DNA from: Anaerolineae bacterium
GTDB lineage: Bacteria > Chloroflexota > Anaerolineae > Aggregatilineales > UBA3940
Reading direction: 5' to 3'
Length of the DNA: 64,000 bases
Assembly (NCBI GenBank): GCA_016926985.1
Contig: JAFGNO010000093.1
Location: 2,933-66,932 of the forward strand
In this document: piece after piece, positions 44,512 through 54,900 of the stretch
Numbering within the stretch: the stretch's first letter is position 1
Layout: each line of letters opens with the position of its first letter
Translations under genes and position numbers: made by a program
Notes under the pieces: model-generated
What the model saw: the letters and a program-made list of their open reading frames with translations, nothing else
Databases searched by the model: none
Told to the model about the DNA's origin: nothing

Positions 44512-44952
44512 ATGAATTTCGGACAGTATGCTGTACTCGAACCGTTTACCTATCACTTCAGGAAAATGCCGGAATGGACCTGGCGTTTTCGAGCCCCCAC
44601 TTCCGGAGATGAACTGAAAATGCTTCAGTTTATGAACCGGGCCCAGCTTCAGCCCGACCGCGGCCTTACGCCTCCTTCCTGGCTGGAAATGGCGCATCGT
44701 GAAATTTCGCTGACCTTCGCCGGAACTACGATCCCAGTAAAAGAGGATGCACCGGTTGAAGAGGGCGGAAAACCCCTGATCGCAGAAGGACTGTCCCTTG
44801 AGAAAATCGAACTGATCCTGCAGGCCATGCCGCATGAGATGATCATGGAGATCTGGCAGGCCATGGGCGAGCATGTCCCCGGTTGGGGTTACCAGATTGC
44901 TCCCCGTGCGGAAATCGGAGACGGCGACCCAAAAGCAGTTCGGGACGATTAG
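44512..44952 (+). CDS. tail assembly chaperone (G-like)
   Basis: 146 aa from MNFGQYAVLEP (GGAGG RBS). Lies upstream of the tape measure gene. A slip site sits 5 codons before the stop. Confidence 0.7.
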   Translation: MNFGQYAVLEPFTYHFRKMPEWTWRFRAPTSGDELKMLQFMNRAQLQPDRGLTPPSWLEMAHREISLTFAGTTIPVKEDAPVEEGGKPLIAEGLSLEKIELILQAMPHEMIMEIWQAMGEHVPGWGYQIAPRAEIGDGDPKAVRDD

Positions 44953-45197
44953 GGGACCTGGAAGAGTACGTCAAGGACTACATCGTCACCTATCGTGAAG
45001 ATGATCCGGTACTGAATTTCTACATTTCCCTGGTACTGGAGGCGAACAATACTGGGCACGACATCTTCTCGGTAGGGCTGCTGGACCGGCCTGTCTTTTT
45101 TGAACGGTATTTGCGCCGGTGGGTCCGGGAAGGCATGGCAGAGCTGGCCCTGCAGCAGGACTTTCAGGACAAGGTATTCAAAGGGGATGTGAGGTGA
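44512..45197 (+). CDS. tail assembly chaperone G-T-like frameshift fusion product
   Basis: Zero frame 44512-44934 joined in the -1 frame to ...KSSSGRLGDLEEYVKDYIVTYRED... ending at 45197, just before the tape measure start. Confidence 0.6.
44928..44934 (+). promoter_or_regulatory. -1 programmed ribosomal frameshift heptamer C_CCA_AAA
   Basis: In the zero frame it reads gaC CCA AAA gca. The -1 frame (CCC AAA AGC...) stays open to 45197. Confidence 0.75.
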
Positions 45198-45242
45198 TCG
45201 CCTCCCACCTCTCATCCCCCTATTCCCCACAGAGCACACACC

Positions 45243-48200
45243 ATGGCAAGACGGAGCAAATCCAAACGGGCTTTCCTTGAAAACCGCGGTTACGAGGACA
45301 GCTCCCCGACCCGGTATGATCCCTATTCCAAGCTGGATCATGCCCGCGCGCTGTCTGCTGCCCTGCAGTATGACGGACCCTCTTCGTCTTCCTACTACAA
45401 AGCCCTGATCCGGGGGATCCAAAACACCCGCCAAGCGTTTCCGAATACCGACTTCCCGGCCCTGATGAAGACCCGCGTGGACCTCGATACCTATTGGGAT
45501 AAGGGCTGGGGGGAGCCCCCCACCAGCGTCCAGGCCGCCATGAACCGGATCATCGAAAGCCTGGGTCCATATGCTGCTCAGGTGGCCGGCAAGCAGGGCA
45601 GTAACTGGGAAAACGCCCTCTCCACGTTTTTCTACGGCAGCCGGCACGCACAGGGCACACAGCACATGGGCGTCTTCGGTGCGGTTTTCGACTACGATTT
45701 CAAACGCGGCGGAGGCATGCCCTTCACCTTCCTGGCCGATCGCGGCCTGGCTGCGCTGAAAGCTGAGGAACGCGGCGATCGCAAGGATTTCAACCCGATG
45801 GTGTTCTCCTCCTTTGAGTATACGAACGAAGAGGGGGAAACCGCCTTCGCAGAGGAGCTCCTGCACGGCACGATGGCTACGGTTGGTGCTGGAGATCCTG
45901 TCGGGAATCTCCCTCCGGAGCTCAGTTCCTACATCCAGATGCGTCAGACCGGGGAGCTGCAGTACGGCACCCGGTATCCCTTGACGTTTCCAGATACCGG
46001 GAAAGTGGTCCATGTGCCTTCGGAAGAGTTGTATACCCAGATTGACCGGGTTACAGAAAACTTCACCCACTATGACCGGTCCAGGGGACTGGACTGGTGG
46101 CCTGAACAGGGACATGGGCTCACAGCACCGATCATGAACCCCAGCATGCCTCATCTGTGGGCGCAGCAAACCCATTTGCACCGCAACGATTTCAACGCGC
46201 TGAAAGGATATTTCAGGGCCTACTCAGACCGACAGCTCGATCCGGAAGGGCTGTACCCCATCTCCATGGCGCACTACGGCTTCAGAGGCGTGCGCTACGC
46301 CTCCGGGAAACGGCTGTCGGATGCAATCGGTGTCATTCTTCACACGGCTCACGAGTTCTCCCTGGGCATCCAGCCGGATTTCAAGCTCGGTTCCGAACCG
46401 GACAACATGGACAGATTGGAAGAGACACTGGCAAGGCAACCAGACGATCTTGCCAATCTGTCGCATCATGTCTACCACGGACCAATCACATCCCTGAACG
46501 AGACCACCGGCCAGCTGGACGTCGCTCCTGGATCGTTGGACCTCGGTGTGAGCACCACCAACCTGCCGCGCCCGCGCTTTTCAGACACCCAGCGTCAGTC
46601 CATTCTGTCCAGGGCCGCTGCCGCCGGAGACCCGCGTGCTTCTGCCATGCTCCAGATGGCCAGGAATGGGGAAACCGGCCTGGAAGACATGTTCGTCAAC
46701 TGGTATCAGGAAACGATCCGCGGCGAGCATGCCGGCGCAAGACGAGTGCGATCGGACCAGTGGTACGACAACGCCTTGAGCGATCTGCAGCATCTGGGTG
46801 GAGATATCCAGCGACGAAGCGAACAAGGGTATGCGCGCGGCCAGTCGCCTGCTGCCAGGACCCTCATGCAGCGCATCATGAATTTGTACCCTCAACTGGA
46901 AATGGAAGCAGAGGAACCGGGGTATTTCCGGAACGATGCCAGCTACCGGGTTGGAAACCGGATGCAAAAGGGGTGGGACATCCATAAACAGATTGGCGTC
47001 CTGCGCAACGATTTTTATGCATGGCAGCGGGACATGCGCGAGGCCCAGGAGACGGGCCAGTTACCCACGGATGAAGTCTCAGCGGCAGGCCCCCGGCGTT
47101 CCTTTTTTCCGGATGGCCGCGCGGTCGTTGATGATTATCAGGAATACGGCTTGCCGGGGCCTGTCTCCGTGCAGGATGGCGGCGCCGGTGATCCGTATGT
47201 GGTCTCCCACCCGGTTGCCACACTTGAAAAGGATGATCCGCGCGACGACCCCATGCTGAGCAGGGATGAGGAGGGAAAACGCCGGATGGGTTCAGGCGAG
47301 ATGCTCGCGGACGCCCTGTCTGCCAACCCCGCCCAGGGAACCATCCCGCGCACCTACCACCGGGCTCTGCAGCGCCGGATGGCATCCGGGCGCTGGCCCA
47401 GGCTGAATGACGATGCTCCCTTCCGCACTGCCCAGGCTCGGGCAGCCGAACGGGTCCGGCATCGCAATGCCCAGCACAATATTGTGATTGGAAAACTGCG
47501 GTACCCCACCTCCCCATCCATGCAGGCTGCACAGGCCCGGCTCGAAGAAATGCGGGTGGAAAACGAAACGCGTACCGCCCGCCGGACCGCCCTGGCCGTT
47601 CGAAGGACCGGCACCCAGCTGGTGACAGCGAAACAGGCGCGTGCCATGCGGTTGCTCGATGGTACCGATGCACAGGAGAGGACCCCTGACACCTTCATTG
47701 CCAATGAAAAGGGCATTGTCATAAGGCAGAAGGATATGGATGATGCTGCGCGTTGGTACTGGCAGGACGCCCTCGAAGAAGAAGTGTCGATAGCTGCTGA
47801 GGAAGGTACAGGGTATCAAACCGGGCATCTCAGTGAAGACGAATGGCATCGACAGCAAGCGGGGTTGCCTCTGTCCTATCCAGGTCATCGATCCCCGGTT
47901 CGCTCTCAAAGAATCATTCGTTCTGCTCCGGAACGAACCCAAACACCGGTCCCTGCTTCTGCCGGCGGTGGGTCCGCTGGGACGTCTCCCGTACCGGTTT
48001 CCGGGGGTGCATCCGGGGGTTCCGGCGGCGGCAAGCCCCCCGGACCTCCCCTGGCTCCGGAAAGTGGTTTCTGGCACGACGAGGAGGAAGGGTCTCCACA
48101 CGAAAGCGGAGCCTCTGCCCCCGGACATCCTGATCCGTCCCCGGTCCCCATGACCGAAGAGGAACAGCAGCGCATCGCGGCACATGGACAGCGAGCCCGC

Positions 48201-51200
48201 CAGCAGATGCAGGAGTGGCTGGAAAGCAGCAGCCGGTTCCGCGGCACGGGCGGCCATCGGCCGGACCCGCGCCAGTTTGTCGGAAACATCCGAGACAGGC
48301 TTTCGGATGAGTTCACCCCGCGTGGTTGGGAGCGGCATGCTGCGAAGCATCCGAACAAAGCCAGCCACGCAAACCTTGGCCTGTACCGCGCCGAAACAGG
48401 CCAATGGCACATCCCTGGAACAGGAGAGATTTCCCTGTCTCGGGATGAAATGTCTGAAGCCAGTGATGTCGCCCGCGGCGCGCTGACCTACGCCACCAAC
48501 ATGCCCGTTGGTGGCAGTAAAATGGCAGTCTTTGCCAACCTCAACAAGCGCATGACGGATTTCATCCGTGAGTGGTCTGATCAGCAGATTGCCCATCTGG
48601 AAGAAGCGATCAAAGATCCTGCTGAACAATCCCTTGCCAAACGCCAGCTGAATAAAACCGTGGTCCAGGCCAGGGAAATGGTCACGGGCATGCTCAAGGA
48701 CATTGCCGACGAAGAAAGCGTCAAAGACTTCGGGGATCAGGCATATACCCCACAAAGAATGGCAGCGTCTGCACTGCGCAAGCTGACCGAAACTCCCGGC
48801 GCGCTGCCAGAAACCCTGCGGGAAGATATTTTGCATGGCGTCCACGCCGTGGGCGGCTGGAAGCAGGTCAACAAACTGGGTGGGTTCTACGGCGGCGGCG
48901 ACACCGGGGACCAGATGTATGAAGTACGCGCCGGCGCAGATGATGTACGCGGACCCTTGTCCCTGTTTGGACATCCGCTTGGTCGTGCCATGCAGACCCT
49001 GTATTACATGAAACGCACCTGGCAGATGCTGGCCCAGCCAGCCATGCAGGATATGGCTGCCTACGGGGAAGGGCAGCTGCCCCTGGAACGTGTTGCAGGC
49101 GGGGTTGACTTCGGTGCCTCAGCGGGTGGTCAGGGGTATCGCGCCGGGGTCCTGTCGGACTGGCTCGGACAGGGTGCATTTGATGTTGTCGGCGGTTTTG
49201 GCCGGATCTCCCAGCCCATGACCCAAAGTCCTGCGCTGGGACGCATGGCCGCAGCCGGCGGGATTGGGGGCGGCCTGGCGATTGCCGGTCAGCTGGCCGC
49301 GGCCGGCATCCCCGGTGTGGTTCCAGGCCTGGCTGCTGCCGGTCCGATCGGACTGATTGCCGGAGGCGCCCTGGCTGCCGGGACGGTTGGCATGGAAATC
49401 TACAATGCTGCCACCGGGTCCGACGTGTCCTGGACCGGAATGATTAACGGGCTGGCGGACTATCATGCGGCCGCCACCTGGTATACCGGTGACAAGGGCC
49501 TCTTTGTGGGATACAACCGGGATCTCATGCAGTACCTGGCCCAACCCGGAACCAATATGGCAGGGCTCGTTGAGGAGTATCGTTCCCAGATTGCCAGTGG
49601 TGGACGCCTGGATATCGACCAGATGAATGATGTGGCCGATCGGGTTTCCCAACTGTCTGGGATGAAGCAGAAAGAAGCGGAAGATCTGGTCGCGGGGTTC
49701 CTTGGAGCGACGGGGGTTGAAGGGGATCTGTCCCGAACCGTATTGGGCAACCAGACTGCACCGGATATTCTGGAAGCCCTGACGGAGGCCGCCAACCGAA
49801 GCGGGACCGGCCTCGATCAGATGCTCAGCCAGGCCCTCGGCTACGGAACCAGTCTTGGATATGCTCCGGGGACAGACGGCTCCTGGGAAGCCATGTCCCG
49901 GTTTGCAGGCATGGACGTTCCTTCCCGTACGAGGGCTCTCTCCACTGCCGGGGACACAGCCAGCCGGACCTCCATGCTGCGCCAGAATGTAAGCCGGGAT
50001 GTGGTTGGCACAGAAGAACTCTCCCGGTATGCCGAACGTTTTGAAACCGGCGCGCAGGCTCAACGGGCCAACACCTATATCGGGGCCATGGTTGCTGGCG
50101 GCCTGGAGCAACGCGGTGCCATGTCGTTAGGGGCTGCCCTGGCTCAGCAGCCGGCTGGCACAGCCAGCCTGCGTTATTCCACCATGGGTACTCTGGGGGA
50201 CCTGTTTGGTGCCGGTGGCTATGCTGCCGGCTTCAGCCTGACAACCGGGATGAATTACAGTCAGACAGCCCTGACTGCACAGATTGCCGCAGGGGATCTG
50301 GGAGCGATGTCCTATGCCTCACACCAGGGCATGCTCGGCTCGCAGTATAGGTTCCAGGACATCTATGGTGCGCCCCTGTTCCAGACGGACTGGTCCGGGT
50401 TCCTCGACATGGGCATGGCAAACGCTCAGGCAGGAACGCCCGGAGCAGGAATGAGGTTCGGCCAGCTCGTGCAGGCCAGCGCCTCCGGCATGACCGATCC
50501 CCGTCAACTGACAGAGATGTTTTTCCGCGGCGGCGGTGTAACTCTCCCCGGCGGAGCGATGGAAGCCCTGGTGGGTGGTTATCGGGGATACACCGGCTGG
50601 GAGGCTGTGGATCAGTGGGGCTCGGACCGACGCTACCAGGCTCAGGCTGCTCAGGCCGGGCTACAGGCCCAGGGTGTCCGGGCAGACATGGCGTATTACT
50701 GGGGATCGGGCAGCTGGGACAACCCCGGTCGCGGGTCGCTGTGGTGGCTGGAAGATGAACAGCGCACCATGGGATACCGTCATCAGCAGGCGGACTTTGC
50801 CTACAACGCCCGCAGAGCGCAAACCTCCAATCAATTTGCCCTGCGCGGGGAAGAGATCTCCGAGCGGCAGATGGCTGCCAGCCATGACTGGCAGCGGTAC
50901 TCACTCAGCCATCAACGCACACAGCAGCTTCAGAGCCGGCAGTGGACACGGGAAGACTGGCAGTATCAGGACCAGATGACCAGCCTTAATAACAGCTGGG
51001 CTCTGGATGATATCAACGAGGCGATCCGGCTCAGTTCCGGGCGGGAGCGCCGGCAGCTTGTCAGGCAGCGGGAACGCACAACCCTGACCCAGAACCTTGA
51101 AGGAGAGCATCTGGACGAAACCCGCTCACGGCAAGAGCAGCTGTGGGCGATGGAAGATGAGCACTATCAGAAGTCGGTAACGTACCAGACGGAGCTCATG

Positions 51201-51605
51201 TCTCTTGAACAGGAGCGGTTCAGCCTGCAGGTTCAGCAGCGTGAAACATTCTACGAGATGGAGAAGGAGAACCTCAAGCGCCAGAAGAGCGAATACGAGG
51301 AGCAGTTCAAACTGCAGGACCAGATCATCGCCCTGCAGCGGCAGCACCAGGCGGAAAGCCTCGAACGTTCCCTGCAGATGGCCGGTATCTCTGCCGGGCT
51401 CGCAAGCGAGATGAAGGAGCTGGATGACGGCGCCAAGATGGTCAACGACAGCTTCGGCAAGATGACCGGGTATATGGAGCAGATTTCGAGATACGACAAG
51501 GCCATTCAGGTCGCAGCCGCGATGGAAGACCTGGCTGCCAAACTGAATAAGACGAACGTTGCTCGGGTGTGGGCTATCACCCGCATGATTGGGATGCTCG
51601 ACTGA
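45243..51605 (+). CDS. tape measure protein (2120 aa)
   Basis: Position after G/G-T. Gly/Ala-rich TM-like block AAGGIGGGLAIAGQLAAAGIPGVVPGLAAAGPIGLIAGGALAAG. Long Q/R/E-rich coiled coil at the C-terminus. Confidence 0.88.
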   Translation: MARRSKSKRAFLENRGYEDSSPTRYDPYSKLDHARALSAALQYDGPSSSSYYKALIRGIQNTRQAFPNTDFPALMKTRVDLDTYWDKGWGEPPTSVQAAMNRIIESLGPYAAQVAGKQGSNWENALSTFFYGSRHAQGTQHMGVFGAVFDYDFKRGGGMPFTFLADRGLAALKAEERGDRKDFNPMVFSSFEYTNEEGETAFAEELLHGTMATVGAGDPVGNLPPELSSYIQMRQTGELQYGTRYPLTFPDTGKVVHVPSEELYTQIDRVTENFTHYDRSRGLDWWPEQGHGLTAPIMNPSMPHLWAQQTHLHRNDFNALKGYFRAYSDRQLDPEGLYPISMAHYGFRGVRYASGKRLSDAIGVILHTAHEFSLGIQPDFKLGSEPDNMDRLEETLARQPDDLANLSHHVYHGPITSLNETTGQLDVAPGSLDLGVSTTNLPRPRFSDTQRQSILSRAAAAGDPRASAMLQMARNGETGLEDMFVNWYQETIRGEHAGARRVRSDQWYDNALSDLQHLGGDIQRRSEQGYARGQSPAARTLMQRIMNLYPQLEMEAEEPGYFRNDASYRVGNRMQKGWDIHKQIGVLRNDFYAWQRDMREAQETGQLPTDEVSAAGPRRSFFPDGRAVVDDYQEYGLPGPVSVQDGGAGDPYVVSHPVATLEKDDPRDDPMLSRDEEGKRRMGSGEMLADALSANPAQGTIPRTYHRALQRRMASGRWPRLNDDAPFRTAQARAAERVRHRNAQHNIVIGKLRYPTSPSMQAAQARLEEMRVENETRTARRTALAVRRTGTQLVTAKQARAMRLLDGTDAQERTPDTFIANEKGIVIRQKDMDDAARWYWQDALEEEVSIAAEEGTGYQTGHLSEDEWHRQQAGLPLSYPGHRSPVRSQRIIRSAPERTQTPVPASAGGGSAGTSPVPVSGGASGGSGGGKPPGPPLAPESGFWHDEEEGSPHESGASAPGHPDPSPVPMTEEEQQRIAAHGQRARQQMQEWLESSSRFRGTGGHRPDPRQFVGNIRDRLSDEFTPRGWERHAAKHPNKASHANLGLYRAETGQWHIPGTGEISLSRDEMSEASDVARGALTYATNMPVGGSKMAVFANLNKRMTDFIREWSDQQIAHLEEAIKDPAEQSLAKRQLNKTVVQAREMVTGMLKDIADEESVKDFGDQAYTPQRMAASALRKLTETPGALPETLREDILHGVHAVGGWKQVNKLGGFYGGGDTGDQMYEVRAGADDVRGPLSLFGHPLGRAMQTLYYMKRTWQMLAQPAMQDMAAYGEGQLPLERVAGGVDFGASAGGQGYRAGVLSDWLGQGAFDVVGGFGRISQPMTQSPALGRMAAAGGIGGGLAIAGQLAAAGIPGVVPGLAAAGPIGLIAGGALAAGTVGMEIYNAATGSDVSWTGMINGLADYHAAATWYTGDKGLFVGYNRDLMQYLAQPGTNMAGLVEEYRSQIASGGRLDIDQMNDVADRVSQLSGMKQKEAEDLVAGFLGATGVEGDLSRTVLGNQTAPDILEALTEAANRSGTGLDQMLSQALGYGTSLGYAPGTDGSWEAMSRFAGMDVPSRTRALSTAGDTASRTSMLRQNVSRDVVGTEELSRYAERFETGAQAQRANTYIGAMVAGGLEQRGAMSLGAALAQQPAGTASLRYSTMGTLGDLFGAGGYAAGFSLTTGMNYSQTALTAQIAAGDLGAMSYASHQGMLGSQYRFQDIYGAPLFQTDWSGFLDMGMANAQAGTPGAGMRFGQLVQASASGMTDPRQLTEMFFRGGGVTLPGGAMEALVGGYRGYTGWEAVDQWGSDRRYQAQAAQAGLQAQGVRADMAYYWGSGSWDNPGRGSLWWLEDEQRTMGYRHQQADFAYNARRAQTSNQFALRGEEISERQMAASHDWQRYSLSHQRTQQLQSRQWTREDWQYQDQMTSLNNSWALDDINEAIRLSSGRERRQLVRQRERTTLTQNLEGEHLDETRSRQEQLWAMEDEHYQKSVTYQTELMSLEQERFSLQVQQRETFYEMEKENLKRQKSEYEEQFKLQDQIIALQRQHQAESLERSLQMAGISAGLASEMKELDDGAKMVNDSFGKMTGYMEQISRYDKAIQVAAAMEDLAAKLNKTNVARVWAITRMIGMLD

Positions 51606-51979
51606 TGAACAATTACATTACCCTGGACAGCAAGAAGTACATGACTTCATCCAAGGACTGGGCCCCGGTATGGCTCAAGCCAGCGACCGACCGCATCACC
51701 CTCAGCGGGGAGATGGATGTCACCTATGGCCCTGGACTGATTGTCGGCTACACCGGGTCGATCATTGCGCCGGTTACATCACCGGGGACAGGATGGGGCA
51801 CCGTCAGCGACCTGAAGACCACCCTCGCCAAGCGGACTGCTGTAACCTTCACTGCCCACGACAGCTCTACGGCTGTCAACGTTCATGTGCTTGGGCCCTT
51901 CAACCCGGCGTCCATGTCTCCCATGTGGGACGCCAGCTCCAATGAATGGCACGTCCCTGTGCGGGTACTGGAGGCGTAG
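51605..51979 (+). CDS. small tail protein (distal-tail position)
   Basis: 124 aa from MNNYITLDSKKY. ATG overlaps the tape measure TGA. Confidence 0.5.
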   Translation: MNNYITLDSKKYMTSSKDWAPVWLKPATDRITLSGEMDVTYGPGLIVGYTGSIIAPVTSPGTGWGTVSDLKTTLAKRTAVTFTAHDSSTAVNVHVLGPFNPASMSPMWDASSNEWHVPVRVLEA

Positions 51980-51980
51980 T

Positions 51981-54900
51981 ATGCGAACACTGCCGGTTGG
52001 TTTTCTTTCCGACGTCGAAAACTCACGCTCCATTTCTGCCCGGCTCACGTTTCGGGATAACCGCCTGGTCTTCACCGAGCGTGTGCTCGCGGACAGCCTC
52101 GGCCTGGCCGACCCGTCAACTGCCGACGCCGCCCCATCCGGCACCGGCATCCTCCGGGTTGTGAACTATTCCAACGCATTGTATACGCAGGACATCACCG
52201 ATCCCTCCTCCATTCTGTACCCGGATTGGGCAGATGCTTCCATTTCCCTGGCAGTCTCCAGCAGGCCGGGTGTTGAGGGTGACAGGATTTGGTATCAGGA
52301 CAGCATTGGCGACATCTATTACTGGGATTACCCGTCCGGTTCTCCCGTCCTCGTCACGAGCTCCTACGCTGCTTACACCGTGACCCTGGCGCCGGTCAGC
52401 ACCAGTGTGTGCTACATCCATTTCCTCGATCAGGGATGGGGCAGGATTGTTCGCCTCACCAGCGCCGGCGCCGAGACGGAGTGGCAGGGCCGTATCTATG
52501 GCAATGTTGTCACCGCCCAGTATTTCGATGCTGTAACCCTGAATGGCGAGGATCACCTCTACGCAGCAGACCAGAATGATGGCAGGCTGCTGACCCTCAA
52601 GTATTACGAGGGTATCTGGAGCGACACCTCGTATGTCATCCCGCTCGATGTGGTTGATGAAACCTCCTACTTCCGCATGGCGTATGCCAGTGTGATTGAC
52701 GGCAAGGTTGTTATCACCGGAAGGTTGTCCCGGCAGACGGAATACGACGTCCCGGTCGCCTTTGATATCTACACCTTCGGGCCGGACCACTACACCATGG
52801 GACGTGATTTGTTTGTCAGCCAGGAGGATATCGGCGGGAAGATGTTCCTGATTGACAGCATGCTGTTCTACGTGGGCATCAATACGGTCAGCGAAGCAGA
52901 TGCGACCATGCTGGTTGGATACGATCACCCGGACCACAAGGTCGTGGTGAACGATCTGCACAGCTGGTCCCTGGGGTGTGCCGGGAATACATCCGGGCAG
53001 TTCTCTGCGTCCCTGGCGCGCTCGGAAGAAGATGCCATGATCCGCAGGAATGCGGAAGCCCTTCTTGAGATCAACATCAACGGAGCATGGGCAACAATGG
53101 CAACGGTCTCCCTCGATACGGTGACTGCCACGGATGATATGGATCGCCAGGAGCTGCTTCTATCCGGTCGCTCCTCTGCGATCAAGAAACTCTCGATGTG
53201 GGAGAGCGATCAGAACTACGACTACTGGTCGCAGGCCAAGCTGTCTGCTCATCCCGGAGAGCTGGAGAATGTCATCCGTGTGACCGGGCTTTGGGACGAG
53301 GCGGACGCGGGACCGCTGGAGCTGGAAGACCTGAACGTGGATGGCGTGCTGTATATGAGCGCCAAGGCGTCCCGCGGCGGCCTGATGAGAGCGAAATTCC
53401 AGAAGCCCACTGCCGATGATTTCTCTCCGCTGTACGGCGTTGCGCTCAACTATTACTACAACACTGAGGCGGAGATTGGGCACAATGGTCTCCTCGCAAT
53501 CTGGGGTGACGATCAGCACAGCGGCGGCGCCGGTATCGGTTTGTATTACTGGGATGACGGAGTGATGACCCTGCTGACCAGCGCTTCCCTTTCAATCCCG
53601 GATGATACCTGGCACTGGCTGATGATGACATTCCAGGATGGATTGATCCGTGTCTTCTACCGGCTGGACAGCACAACGACATGGACTTCGGTGATTTCCA
53701 TGGTGTTCGATGAAGAGGACTATCTCCCCTGGAAACGGGAAGCCTTCGGTCGTGGTGGGCTGTACATTCGCAATCGAACGCCCTACTCCATGACCCCTGG
53801 GTTCAGCAGCAACAGCATGATCCTGCCCGTTGAGAGTACGGCTTCATTTCCGACGTCGGAAACAGTGGTCGTCAATCAGGAGAAGATCACCTATGATGGC
53901 ATCCTGTCGGGCACCCCTATCCCCGGTGATCTCATTTATGACCCGGATGGATATACAGCTACCAGGGCCACTCACAATAACTCCTACTTTGATGGATCGG
54001 AAATTGTCGCCAGGGATGGCGCGTACATCCCGGCCGACCGCAACCTGAATTCATCAGCCTCCTATCTTTTCGGTCCATCCTGGAAACAAACGGGCCTCAC
54101 GATGGTTACGGAAATCAAGTTTCTGCTAAAACGCAACGGGTCTCCCCCGCCCCTGTATTGTTACCTGGTACATGACCACTATGATAATCAAGCCCCCCAG
54201 CAACAGTACGTTCGATCATGGGGAAGCGTCAGCTACAGCTCGGTCGGCACATCGTATTCGTGGGTCACGTTCACAATCACCAATCCGGTCTGGACTTCGC
54301 CAACGGGCTATTTCGCGATGTTGACCATGAGAAATCCATCCACCGGGGCGCATCCCGGATACGATGCCTCCAATTATTGGACCGTTCAAATTGACAACAA
54401 CAATCTTGAGAGACCTGGGGTAATTCGTGCCTATAACAACGGGTGGTACACCGTGGAAGGTATTGCGGTCCCATTCCAGGTGCTTGGGCGCAACAGAACC
54501 GGCACCGGGTATGAGATTTATCTCGATGGTCGCGGCTCTCCGTGTGAACGGGATACCTATAATAATTTCTCCCTGGTCGTCACGGACGGCCCCGGCAAGG
54601 GCTCCGTATTCACAGTTACGGACTATGACTGGCAGGCCCCGAACCAGTGGGTTCCGAACCAGGAGTATGAAGCGCCGGAGAAGTGGCAGGATTATGCTGG
54701 CCTGAGCGGTCATGGCAGCTGGGCAACATCGAACCTGAGCCGCATCTTCGTTCAGGAAAATCCCAGCGGGATCATCGGCGCCGGTACAGTTTTCAGGATG
54801 TGGCCCTCCCTCCTTGTTTCAGAGCGCGGCGTCGATGGTACTTTGAGCACTTCCCACGGCGAGACAGAGGTATCTGTTTACCGCGATGCATCGGTCCAGA

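Noticed and set aside
45684-45701. GTTTTCGACTACGATTTC, a possible extra palindrome copy
   Set aside because: Only the left arm matches. It encodes VFDYDF in the tape measure protein and is counted as chance.
44949-46181. 410-aa ORF antisense to the G-T region and tape measure 5' end
   Set aside because: Shadow ORF. It crosses gene boundaries and has no RBS.
47292-48974. 560-aa ORF antisense within the tape measure gene (plus others at 46876-47673 and 49119-50111)
   Set aside because: Shadow ORFs typical of high-GC coding DNA. The sense ORF is uninterrupted for 6.3 kb.
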